From: Prorocentrum cordatum | Lineage: Eukaryota | Reading direction: 5' to 3' | Assembly: GCA_963575745.1 (NCBI GenBank) | Contig: CAUYUJ010000001.1 | Span: forward strand, 3,534,001 to 3,562,531 | Length of the DNA stretch: 28,531 nucleotides | Part shown: positions 10,456 to 20,532 of the stretch, piece by piece | Layout of the letters: every line of letters begins with the position of its first letter | Position numbering within the stretch: the stretch's first letter is position 1 | Position numbers and translations under genes: made by a program | Notes under the pieces: model-generated | What the model was told of the DNA's origin: nothing | Seen by the model: the letters and a program-made list of their open reading frames with translations, nothing else | Databases searched by the model: none

Positions 10456-11329
10456 TGTTACTCCGATGCGCTGGTAAACTCTAGTCGACGGATGCAAAGC
10501 TAGCTGGAACGGCGGCCTGGGGTCGCATTCGACCAGGGGCAGCCGAGGGCGGTGCCCAGCAGACCAGCGGCCGCTCCCACGGATCGCTCAGCTTCTGCAA
10601 TGCCTGATCGGACAACCCCGTCCCTCGTTTCCCGCCACTGCCTCCACTCCTCTCCCAGGCCCGTCCCCTGAACACCTCCACTCCCCTCCTCCCCTCTCCT
10701 CCTCCTCCACTCCACTTGCCCCTCTCCTCCCCCGCTTCCCTGCCTCTGTGCTTCTCCCCCCTCCCCTCCCCCGTACTCTCCTCTCCACTCCCGTCCGCTC
10801 TTGGGGCCGTGGGCTGCAAGAAGTTTCAAATTTGCAGGTCGCAATGAAGCTTTGTAAAGAAAGGCTTTACTATGCGGACCTCCTCCTCCCGTCCACCTCT
10901 CCTCTTTCCATTCTCCTCGCCGGCATGCCTGGCTGAAAGAGAGCACGGGGAAGGTGGAATGAGAGGTCTCTCCCAAATCCAAGACGCCGCCTTAAGAAAC
11001 ACGATCCGTGCGAGCACCACTGTGACCATCCCACATGAGGTGCCAAAACGCAAAATGGTGTCCAAACTTGAAGCTTACCAGGGCGCCTCCACGTAGACCT
11101 CGCTGAGGAACTCTGTGTCCACCAACCGCTCGAGATCCTGTGGGAGACGCGCTCATTTTCTGTACGGGGTCCTGATAGCCTGCGGGCCTCTTGCTGGACT
11201 TCGCGGAGGAGCGGATCGTCCAACACGCAAGTCCAAGCCACCAACGGACTGCTCCGGTGTGAGAGCTTGCTGTCCCATAGCTTCATGCCTGGATTTTTCT
11301 TCTTTGAACCTTCCCAGACTACGCAATCT

Positions 11330-11525
11330 GGCCCTCAGAACGGCCCAAGCTGGCCACAGATGGCCGCCAGAATTTCCTCAGATGGTGTTAAGAGGCGTCC
11401 AAGTTGGCCCAAGACGGCTCCAAGACGGCCGAAGATGGCCCCAACACGGCCCAAGATTGCCTCAAGGCGGCCCGAAAGGCTTCCAATACCACCCAAAATG
11501 GCTCCAAGAGGGCCTCCAGGAGGGT
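11330..11525 (+). repeat. Degenerate ~11-bp GGCCCAAGA-type satellite
   Basis: ggcccaagacggctccaagacggccgaagatggccccaacacggcccaaga. Confidence 0.8.
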
Positions 11526-11717
11526 CCGACGATGCAAACATCATACACTCCCCAAGAAATAGTTTAATTACGTAGCACCCCGCAGATTCGGAGAAGAATG
11601 AGGGGGCGGTGAGGACGTCGGCAGTTTGCGAGGCTCTGGAGAAGCCCGCCGCAGGCGCCAACGTTTCACAAATTATACCACGAGCCCGCCGCAGACGCCG
11701 ATTTTCGTTAAACCAAT

Positions 11718-12210
11718 GCGGGTGGGTCGCGGGTGGGTCGCAGATGGGTCGCTGTTGGGCCGCGGGTGTAGAGGGCAGAACATCCACCCAATACTAATCA
11801 CCCCGACAGGCGAAGCCGTTCAGCAATCGCGCACAAGGCATGACACGAACAGAGCAGGGCTGTTTAGTTAACGCCCAGGGCCGTTTAGTAAACGTCAATT
11901 GGCGGGTCTGGGTGGTTTTTCCTCCCTTCAAGGTGGGTCGCGGGGTGAGTCGCGGGTGGGTCGCGGGGTGGGTCGCAGATGGGTCGCGGATGGGTCGCGG
12001 ATGGGTCGCGGTGTGGGTCGCAAGGTCGGTCGCGGGGTGGGTCGCGGGTGGGTCGCGGGTCGGTCGCGGGGTGGGTCGCGGGTGGGTCGCGGGTTGGGTC
12101 GCGGGTGGGTCGCGGGGTAGGTCGAGGGGTGGGTCGCGGGGTGGGTCGCGGGGTGGGTCGCGGGGTGGGTCGCGGGGTGGGTCGCGGGATGGGTCGCGGA
12201 GGGGTCGCCG
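11718..12210 (+). repeat. (GGGTCGCGGGGT)n 11-12-bp satellite in two blocks (11718-11768, 11932-12210)
   Basis: Tandem gggtcgcggg(g)t units, followed by a (CAA/CAC)n run to ~12280. Confidence 0.93.
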
Positions 12211-12488
12211 GTGGGACGACGACAAACAACAAAACCACCAACAACAACACCACCAACAACAACACCACCAACGACAACAAGAGCAGCACTCAGTTTAAGA
12301 CATGCTGATCTTATTTGATGGCGTGTCACGCAACAAATATAGTTCCCAACCCTCCGATACCCGCCCTCTTTGTCTTCGGCCGTACCCCTCGGGGGTATAT
12401 CTTCCTTTCCTGTCTCTCACATTCAGCGCAACCCCTAAAACAGGGGAAGGGAGGACGGACGGGGGAAGAGAAGGATGGACCACGCGAG

Positions 12489-12736
12489 AGGGCCTCTCGG
12501 AGCAAATCGCGAGGAAGCATCGAGCGGGAGCCCTTGTCATCGCGGCTGCGTCCCCACTAATTTGACTGAGTTGCGAGGATGTCCACAGCGAGAGCGCTGT
12601 TCCTGAGTTCGGGAACCTCTCTGGCCAAGGCCTCCCACATCGGGAAGAAATATTGAGCGGGAGCCTTGTCGTCGCGGCGTGGCATCCGCGAACTTGATTG
12701 AATTGCGAAGAAGTCTCATGCGAGAGCGCCGTTCCT
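12489..12736 (+). repeat. ~135-bp tandem repeat, left part (~2 units)
   Basis: Unit contains gaagcatcgagcgggagcccttgtc...acttgattgaatt...gcgagagcgccgttcctgagttcgg; the array resumes at ~14565. Confidence 0.85.
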
Positions 12737-14560
12737 GGGACCTCTGCGTGCTGGGGCCTCTGTAGGCGCGCTTGGGGCCCCTGTGGGCTGCGTTGGGGGG
12801 CCTCAATCAGCGCGCTGGGGCCTCTGCGGGCGCGCTTGGGGCCTCTGCGGGCTGGGGCCTATGCATGTGGGCGCGCTTGGGGCCTCCGTGGGCTGTGTCG
12901 GGGGGCTTCAGTGGGCAGCGCGCTGGGGCCTCAACGTGCGCGCTTGGGGCCTCTGTGGGCTGGGACCTCTGTAGGCTGCGTCGGGGGCCTCAGTGGACAG
13001 CGCGCGGGGGCCTCTATGGGCGCGCTTGGGGCCTCTGCGGGCTGGGGCCTCTGTGGGCGCGTTTGGGGCCTTTGTGGGCTGCGTCGGGGACCTCAATGGG
13101 CAGCGCGCTGAGGCCTCTCCGGGCGCGCTCGGGGCCTCTGTGGGCTGGGACCTCTGTGGGCTGTGTCGGGGGCCTCTGCGGGCTGGGGCCTCTGTGGGCG
13201 CGCTTGGGGCCTCTGTGGGCTGTGTCGGGGGGCCTCAGTGGGCAGCGCGCTGCGGCCTCTGTGGGCGCGCTTGGGGCCTCTGCGGGCTGGGGCCTGTGTG
13301 GGCTGCGTCGGGAACCTCAGTGGGCAGCGCGGGGAAGCCTCCGTGGGCTCGCTCGGGGCCTCTGCGGGCTAAAGCCTCTGTGGGCGCGCTTGGGGCCTCT
13401 GTGGGCTGTGTCGGGGGCCTCAGTGGGCAGCGCGCGGGGGCCTCCGTGGGCGCGCTTGGGGCCTCTGTGGGCTGGGGCCTCTGTGGGCTGCGTCGGGGGC
13501 CTCAGTGGGCAGCGCGCTGGGCCCTCCGTGGGCTCGCTTGGGGCCTCTGCGGGCTGAGACATCTGTGGGCGCGCTTGGGGCCTCTGTGGGCTGTGTTGGA
13601 GGCCTCGGTGGGCACCTCCGTGGGCGCGCTCGGGGCCTCTGTGGGCTGAGGCATCTGTGGGTGCGCTTGGGGCCTCTGTGGGCGTTGTCGGGGGGGCTTC
13701 AGTCGGCAGCGCGCTGGAGATTCCGTGGGCGCGCTAAGGGCCTGTTGGCTGGGGCCTAAGTGTGCAGCGCGAGTGGGCGCGCTTGGGGCCTCTGTGGGCG
13801 CGCTGGGACCTCTGTGGGCTACCTCTGCGGCCTGTGCCGGAGGGCTTCAGTGGGCAGCGCGCGGGGGGATCGGCGCGCTTGGCGCCTCTGTAGGCAGGAG
13901 ACTCTGCGGGCGCGTGTGGAGCCTCTGTAGGAAGTCGGGGCCTTAGTGGGCAGCGCGCTGGGGCCTCTGTGGGCACGCTCGGGGCCTCTGTACGCTGTGT
14001 CGGGGGTCTCAGTGGGCAGCGCGCGGGAGCCTCTGTGGGCGCGCTTGGGGCCTCTGCGGGCTGGGGCCTCTGTGGGCGCGCTTGGGGCCTCTGTGGGCTG
14101 TGCCGACGGGCCTCAGTGAGCAACGCGCGGGGGCTTCTGTGGGCGTGCTCGGGGCCTCTTTGGGCTGGGGCCTCTGTGGGCTGTGTCGGGGGCCTCTGAG
14201 GAGCGGGGGGCCTCCGTGGGCAGCGCGTTGGGGCCTCTGCGGGCACGCTTGGGGCAGGGGTTTGGGCCTCTGTGGGCTGTGCCGGACGGCCTCATTGGAC
14301 AGCGCGCTGGGGCCACTGTGGGCGCGCTTGGCCTCTGTGGGCTGGAGCCTCTGTGGGCTGCGTCGGGGGCCTCAGTGGGCAGCGCGCTGGGCCCTCTGTG
14401 GGCGCGCTTGGGGCCTCTGTGAGCAGCGCGGGGGAGCTCTGTGGGCGCGCTTAGCGCCCATGTGGGCTGTGCTGGGGGGCCTGCGGGCAGCATGCTACGG
14501 TCCCTGTGGGCTTACTCTGGGCCCCAGTGGGTTGTGCGTTGGGGGCCTGTGTGCAGCGCG
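12737..14560 (+). repeat. 1.8-kb GGGGCCTCTGTGGGC-based satellite
   Basis: Dozens of ggggcctctgtgggc cores joined by gcgctt, tgcgtc or cagtgggcagcgcg linkers. Confidence 0.97.
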
Positions 14561-14564
14561 CCAG

Positions 14565-15096
14565 GACCTCGGTGGGCAAGGGCCTTTGCGATTACATCTT
14601 GAGGAAGTATCGAACGGGAGCCCTTGTCGTCGCATGTGGGCCTCCACCAATTCGATTGAATCATGAGGAACTCTCGAGCGATAGCGCCGTTCCTGAGCTC
14701 GGGGGCCTTCATGGCCAGGGGCTCTCGGAGTAAATCGTGACGAAGCATCGCGCAGGAGCCTTTGTCGTCGTGGCTGGGCCCCCGCCAACTTGATTGAATT
14801 TCAAAAAAGTCTCGAGCGAGAGCGCCGTTCCTGAGTTCGGAGGCCTCTCTGGCCAGGGTGTCTCGAAGTAATTTGTGAGGAAGCATCGAGCGGGAGCCGT
14901 TGTTGTCTTAGCTGGGCCTCCACAAGCGCACTTTTAGTGTCGAGCCAACGCTCGAGCGGGAGCCTCGTTTTCATGAAAAATGTAGCCGGCGTCGAGGCGA
15001 GAGCGCCCGGAACGGTTTCCGGAGATCAGCAATAACTATTCTCTAGACATGATTATACAACAACAACAAAAACAACAACAGCAGCAACGACAACAA
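14565..15096 (+). repeat. ~138-bp tandem repeat, right part (~2.5 units), with terminal module and (CAA)n tail
   Basis: Same unit as 12489-12736; terminal module at 14949-15007 and CAA run at 15058-15096. Confidence 0.85.
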
Positions 15097-15523
15097 TCGT
15101 TTTACCATCATGCGCGATGTTTCCACACGAAGCATGCGACCATCATGATAACCATCCCCATCATGGGGGACTCTTGTTTTATAGCGGGGTCCGTTATTCC
15201 CATTCCCAGATCTCCCGCCCAATGAGGTATTGCAAACACCTCTCTGAACAATTTCAACATATCCCACCTCGAAAACGCATGACCGCGCCTTGCTGCGCCG
15301 ATGCGAGACTTCCAGTGGAGCCCCAGCCAAGGGTAAAGCACAAGGAAATACCTATACGACCACCCTGCGGGTGATAAGGAGGTTGTGTGGAGGGGGGGAA
15401 GGGGGGGGGCTCATGACGACAACTGTGGTGAATGTGGTGCTGATGGCCGATGACGGTGTGGATGACGTGGCGGATTTGTTTTTGTTCTTTCGATCTCACT
15501 ATCGATCTCACTATCGATCTAAC

Positions 15524-16100
15524 GACAGGACAACGGCGGGCGACCGACGGGACAATGCGGGCTACCGCTTGACACGCGCCAGCGGGGGAAACATTTATAT
15601 TGGCGAACCACTAGCGACAGACAGGACAACGGCGGGCGACCGACGGGACAATGCGGGATACCACTTGACACGCGCTGGCGGGGGAAACATGTATGTTGGC
15701 GAACCACTAGCGACAGACAGGACAACGGCGGGCAACCGACGGGACAATGCGGGCCACCGCTTGACACGCGCCGGCGGGGGAAACATTTATGTTGGCGAAC
15801 CACTAGCGACAGACAGGACAACGGCGGGCAACCGACGGGACAATGCGGGCCACCGCTTGACACGCGCCGGCGGGGGAAACATTTATGTTGGCGAACCACT
15901 AGCGACAGACAGGACAACGGCGGGCAACCGACGGGACAATGCGGGCCACCGCTTGACACGCGCCGGCGGGGGAAACATTTATGTTGGCGAACCACTAGCG
16001 ACAGACAGGACAACGGCGGGCAACCGACGGGACAATGCGGGCCACCGCTTGACACGCGCCGGCGGGGGAAACATTTATGTTGGCGAACCACTAGCGACAG
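15524..16100 (+). repeat. 96-bp minisatellite, 6 full copies
   Basis: Unit gacaggacaacggcgggcaaccgacgggacaatgcgggccaccgcttgacacgcgccggcgggggaaacatttatgttggcgaaccactagcgaca; copies 3-6 are identical and copies 1-2 carry a few substitutions. Confidence 0.98.
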
Positions 16101-16250
16101 CATAATGAATTCCTCTCGCCCGCGCACGCAGCTTCGCCTCGCCCGCACGCACGACACGAACACGAAACCGAAACCGATTTCCCGGTGGGGGGCTCTCCGT
16201 TCCACTTCGATCTCACCCCGATTGAACGACAGGATTGCCTTGGCGGACAT

Positions 16251-16993
16251 GGGGGCTGTCAGCGGCGAGGCAAGGACCTGGCCCTGAACAGAAAGGGAGG
16301 AAGTCTCGAGCAGGGCCGCTGTTGTTGCGGGGGGCGGCGCAAATGCTGGAGAGAGTAGGGCGGTAGTTCAGCGTAAAACAAAACGAAGTCTCGAGCGGGA
16401 GCGCTGGTTTTGTTGTCGGCGGCGAGGAGGAACACCGCCTTGAGTAGGAAGAGAGGAAGTCTCAAGCGGGAGACGTGGTTTTGTCGGGCCGGGGGCTGTC
16501 GGCGGCGAGGAAAAGCACCGCTTTGAGGAAAAAGGAAGCCTCGAGCGGGAGCGCTGTCTTGCTGGGAGCGGCGCAAATTCAAAAGAGAGTAGGGCGCCAG
16601 TCCAGCGTAAAACGGGTGGAAATCTCGGGCGGGAGCGCTGGTTTTGTCGGGACGGCGGTTTTCGGCTTTTCGGCGGCGAGGAGGAGCACCGCCTTGAGTA
16701 AAAAAGGGAAAAAGTCTCGAGCGGGAGCGTTGTTGTTGCTGGGGGCAACGCCGACGAGAGAAAGAGTAGCGCGCCAGTCCAAGGTACAACGGGAGGAAGT
16801 CTCGAGCGGTAGCGCTGGTTTTGCTGGGACGGCGGCTTTCGGCGGCGAGCAAGAGCACCGGCCCTGAGTAAAAAATGAGGGAATCACGAGCGGAAGCTTT
16901 GTTGTTGGGGGCCTGTTTTGGCGCCCCCCCAAACCGCTCGAGCGAGAGCCTCATTTTTAATGAAAATGCAGCCGGCGCCAAGGCGAGAGCGCC
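16251..16993 (+). repeat. Higher-order A/B array of 70-90-bp units with an aagtctcgagcgggagcg core, ending in a terminal module
   Basis: The core recurs about nine times; inter-core sequence falls into two homologous classes (A: ...agagtagggcg..agt.cagcgtaaaac; B: cggcggcgaggaggarcaccgccttgagta). Confidence 0.9.
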
Positions 16994-17042
16994 AAAGCGC
17001 CTAGGGGGGTCCAACAAGAATCGTTGCTGAATAATTAACATT

Positions 17043-17149
17043 CAACAGCAACAACAACAGCAACAACAACAGCAACAACAACAACAACAGCAACAACAAC
17101 ACCAACGACGACGACGACATCAGCAAGTGCAACAGCAACAACAACAACA
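17043..17149 (+). repeat. (CAA/CAG)n microsatellite
   Basis: caacagcaacaacaac run. Confidence 0.95.
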
Positions 17150-17394
17150 CATGTGACACGTGACCTTCTTGCCCCTTCACCGGGAAACTTGGTCAACGCT
17201 TGTCCTTAAAGGACAAACCGTGACCTTGCTTCCCGGGGGTAAGCAAGCCCCCCCCCAGCAACCAGCAACCAAGAACCTCGGGCTCCATTCCTCGCTCCGC
17301 TGTAACTTCGCTTGCGTAAAAATGTGAACTCCTCCATCATGCAATGTTTCCATGTCTGCACCAGCGAAGCCCCAGAATGTATAGCTCCTATAAA

Positions 17395-18710
17395 ATCCTG
17401 TCGGGATCCGGTCCGGATCCTATGCGATCTTATAGAGATCCTTTGCGTTCCTACAGGGATCCTATAGGAATCCCAAAGGGATTCTAGAAGGATCCCATGC
17501 GATCCTGTAGGGTCCGATTGGAATCGTATAGGGATTGTATAGGAATCCCATGCGACCCTGTCGGGTCCTATAGGAATCGTATAGGGAATGTAGAGGAATC
17601 CCATGCGATCCTGTAGGGTCTTGTAGGGATCCTATAGGGATTGTATAGGAATCCCCTGGTATCCTAGAAGGATCCCATAGGAATCGTGTAGGATTGTATA
17701 GGGATCCCATGCGATCCTATAGGGGTCCGGTAGGAATCGTATAGGAATTGTATAGAAAATCCCATGCGATCCTATGGGACCCTATAGGAATCGTATACGA
17801 ATCCCATGCGATCCTACAGGATCCGATCGGAATCGTACAGGGATTGTAAAGGAATCCCATGCGATCCTGCAGGGTCCTACAGGAAACTAGAGTGATCGTA
17901 TGATAACCCCATGCCATCCTATAGGGTCCTATAGGTTCCTATACGACCCTATACGATCCTATAGGGATCCCATAGGAATCGTCTAGGGATTGTAAAACGA
18001 ATCCCAATGCCATCCTATAGGATCCTATAGGCATCGTGTACGGATTTTTATAGGAATCCCATGCCATCCTATAGGGTCCTATTAGGCCCCTGTAGGGATC
18101 CTATGCGATCCTGTAGGATCTCATAAGGAATCCCATGTAGATTCTATAATAACCCCATGCGACCCTGTAGTACCATATCGGAATCGTATAGGGATTGTTT
18201 GAGAATCCCATGCGATCCTGTAGGGTCCTGTCGGGGTCCTATAGGGAGTGTATAAAAATCCCATGCGATCCTATAGGGATCCCATAGGAATCGTCTAGGG
18301 ATTGTAAAAGAAATCCCATGCGATCCTATAGGATCCTATAGGGCTCCAATCGGGATCCTATGCGATCCTACAGGACCCGATGTGAATCCTATAGGATCCT
18401 GTCTGGATATAGGAATCCCATGCGACCCTGTAGGATCCGATCGGAATCGTATAGGGATTGTATCGGATTCCCATGCGATTGTATAGGCACCCCATGCGAT
18501 CCTATAAGGTCCTATAGGAATCCGATGGGGATTGCATCGGAATCCCATGCGATCGTGTAGGATCCTGTAGGAATCTTATGGGACCCAATGCGATCCCTCC
18601 TGGATCCTATGGGGATCCCATAGGGATTTTGTAGGAATCCCATGCGTCTCTAAAGGATCCCATCGGAATCGTGTAGGGACTGCATAGGAATCCCATGCGA
18701 TCCTATGGGA
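17395..18710 (+). repeat. 1.3-kb satellite built from GGAATCCCATGCGATCCTATAGG-type units
   Basis: aatcccatgcgatcct recurs throughout, with self-complementary atcctataggat sub-motifs. Confidence 0.95.
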
Positions 18711-18785
18711 TTGATATCCACCCCGACCTAGTCATCACCCCCTTCTTTTTCACCCCCGAGCCCCCTCACTCTGACTTTCGTGTCT

Positions 18786-19500
18786 CGGCCTCTCCGTTCG
18801 CCGACACCCCAAGACGGCCCGAGAGGCCCTCGAGATGAACTACTCCGAGACTGCCGAAGAGGCCCCCGAGAGAGCCCCGGGGCCGCCCAGGCGATCCCCA
18901 GGATAGCCCCACGACCCAAGAGGAGGAGGAGGAGGAGGAGGAGGAGGAGGAGGAGGAGAGGAGGAGGAAGGAGGAGGAGGGGAAGGAGGAGGAGGAGGAG
19001 GAGGAGGAGGAGAGGAGGAGGGGGAAGGGGGACGAGGAGGAGGAGGACGGAGGAGAGGAGGAGGAGGAGGAGGAGGAGGAGGAGGGGAGGAGGAGAGGAG
19101 GAGGGAGGAGGAGGAGGAGGAGGAGGAGGAGGAGGAGGAGGGGATAGGAGGAGGAGGAGGGGAGGAGGAGGGGGAGGAGGAGAGGAGGAGGAGGAGGAGG
19201 AGAGGAGGAGGAGGAGGAGGAGGAGGAGGAGGAGGAGGAGGAGGGAGGAGGAGGAGGAGGAGGAGGAGGAGTGATCCCCCAGGCAGCCCCGCAAACGGCC
19301 CTGCAGGGTCCCAGGAGAACCCCACGCCTGTCCAGAAGGCCCCCAGACGGCCTTCGCAGGCGGCCTCCGAGGGCGCCACACGGCGCCAGCCGGCCCAAGA
19401 TGGACCCCAGGAGGCCAGCAAGAAGGCCCGCAAGTCCCGAAGAGAGCCCCAAGACTGCCCCCCGACGGCTCTGCCCCATTGTCCCCCCAGTGGTCTCCCC
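18786..19500 (+). repeat. GGCCCCAAGA-like degenerate satellite interrupted by a (GAG)n tract (~18919-19271)
   Basis: ccccaagacggccc-type units on both sides of a near-pure G/A run. Confidence 0.85.
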
Positions 19501-20379
19501 AACAGCCTGACAGCTGGAGGAACACGCAGTGCACGAGCTTGGCTGCACTCTCGCTCGACGTTTCACGACACAGCTGTTTTAAGAAGGCAGGGGACGGCGG
19601 TGACTGGGCGACTGGCCGTAGACGCCCTCTAAATGAAGATCATGATTCCTCCTCCTCCGACACCCCTCGCCGGGTTGCACCGGATAGCACTGTGAAGCTG
19701 AATAATACTTGCTGGTGCCTGTGCCATCATGCATTCACGCAAGTCATATCGTTTCAAGCCCTCTGTCAAAGGCAATACCCTCCTCCTTCTCCTCTTCCAT
19801 CTGCCTCTTCAGAGAAGGCCACAACTCCCTCTGAATACACAGCAATTGTCATTCCCACCTATAACACGAAAACTTCACATCATATTGCACAAATATGCGT
19901 CGCATTTCGCTGACTGATCCAATTTTCGCTCTAATTCATTGTCGCCGCCTTTGTGAAGACATATGCGGTGACTGAAAACGTGATGTCCTCCCGTTGCCGC
20001 GCGGCCTGCACCAGGAGGTCTATGGAGGCAATACCGAACTTCGCCACCGTGGCGCGCACGTACTGGCAACGGTCCGCATGTAGACTAATGTAGGTAATCG
20101 CGGACGTCTCAACACTAGCCAGACAGTCGCAAACATACGCGTCAATACTAGCTGCACGAGGAGTCCCAAGGCTCCCCTCCTCTTCGCATCTTCGCTGTCA
20201 GGCACGATTCCCATCACCCAGGGGACTGCGGATCTGAGTGACGGGGCAGGAGCCGTGGATGGATCGCGGCAGCGGGGGCGAATGGCGTGCTGCAGAACCA
20301 GCAGCGTGCAGAACAGCTCGCCGCGCGCGCTGATTTGTCTGCACGAAGACGTGGCCGGGTCGCCGGATGGGTCCAGTGG

Positions 20380-20532
20380 ATAGGTCGCGGGTCGGGTCGC
20401 GGTTCGCGGGTCGGGTCGCGGGTGGGTTGCTAGGCCGGCCGCGGGTGGGTCGCGGGGCGGGCCACGGGCGGGCCGCGGGCGGGTCGCGGGGCGGGTCGCG
20501 GGTGGGTCTCAGCCGGGCCATAGGCGGGTCGC
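20380..20532 (+). repeat. Degenerate (GGGTCGCGGG)n satellite, same family as 11718-12210
   Basis: ggtcgcgggtcgggtcgcgg units. Confidence 0.85.

Noticed and set aside
10810..11300. Non-repetitive minus-strand peptides (DDPLLREVQQEARRL; QDLERLVDTEFLSEVYVEAP) as a retroelement relic
   Set aside because: The fragments lie in different frames and show no identifiable RT, RNase H or endonuclease motif, so no call can be supported without a search.
11493..11503. 11-nt match (agccattttgg, minus strand) to the dinoflagellate spliced leader
   Set aside because: It lies within a ccaagatggc-type satellite, the flanks do not match the leader, and no coding sequence follows.
15570..15612. Resemblance of the 96-bp unit (consensus gcgccggcgggggaaacat...tggcgaa) to the 3' half of the HDV ribozyme
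   Set aside because: I could not build P1, P2 or the P3/L3 pseudoknot from the upstream sequence, so the similarity appears superficial; an Infernal/RNArobo search would settle it.
15524..16100. 96-bp array as a CRISPR array
   Set aside because: Units are head-to-tail identical with no unique spacers, and there are no cas genes.
15290..16105. 271-aa ORF with a 32-aa repeat as a real gene
   Set aside because: It is a by-product of a 96-bp unit length; a minus frame is also open, and there is no recognisable domain or credible N-terminus.
16251..16993. Conserved core plus variable spacers as a CRISPR-like array
   Set aside because: The spacers are homologous to each other in two alternating classes, which makes this a higher-order tandem repeat.
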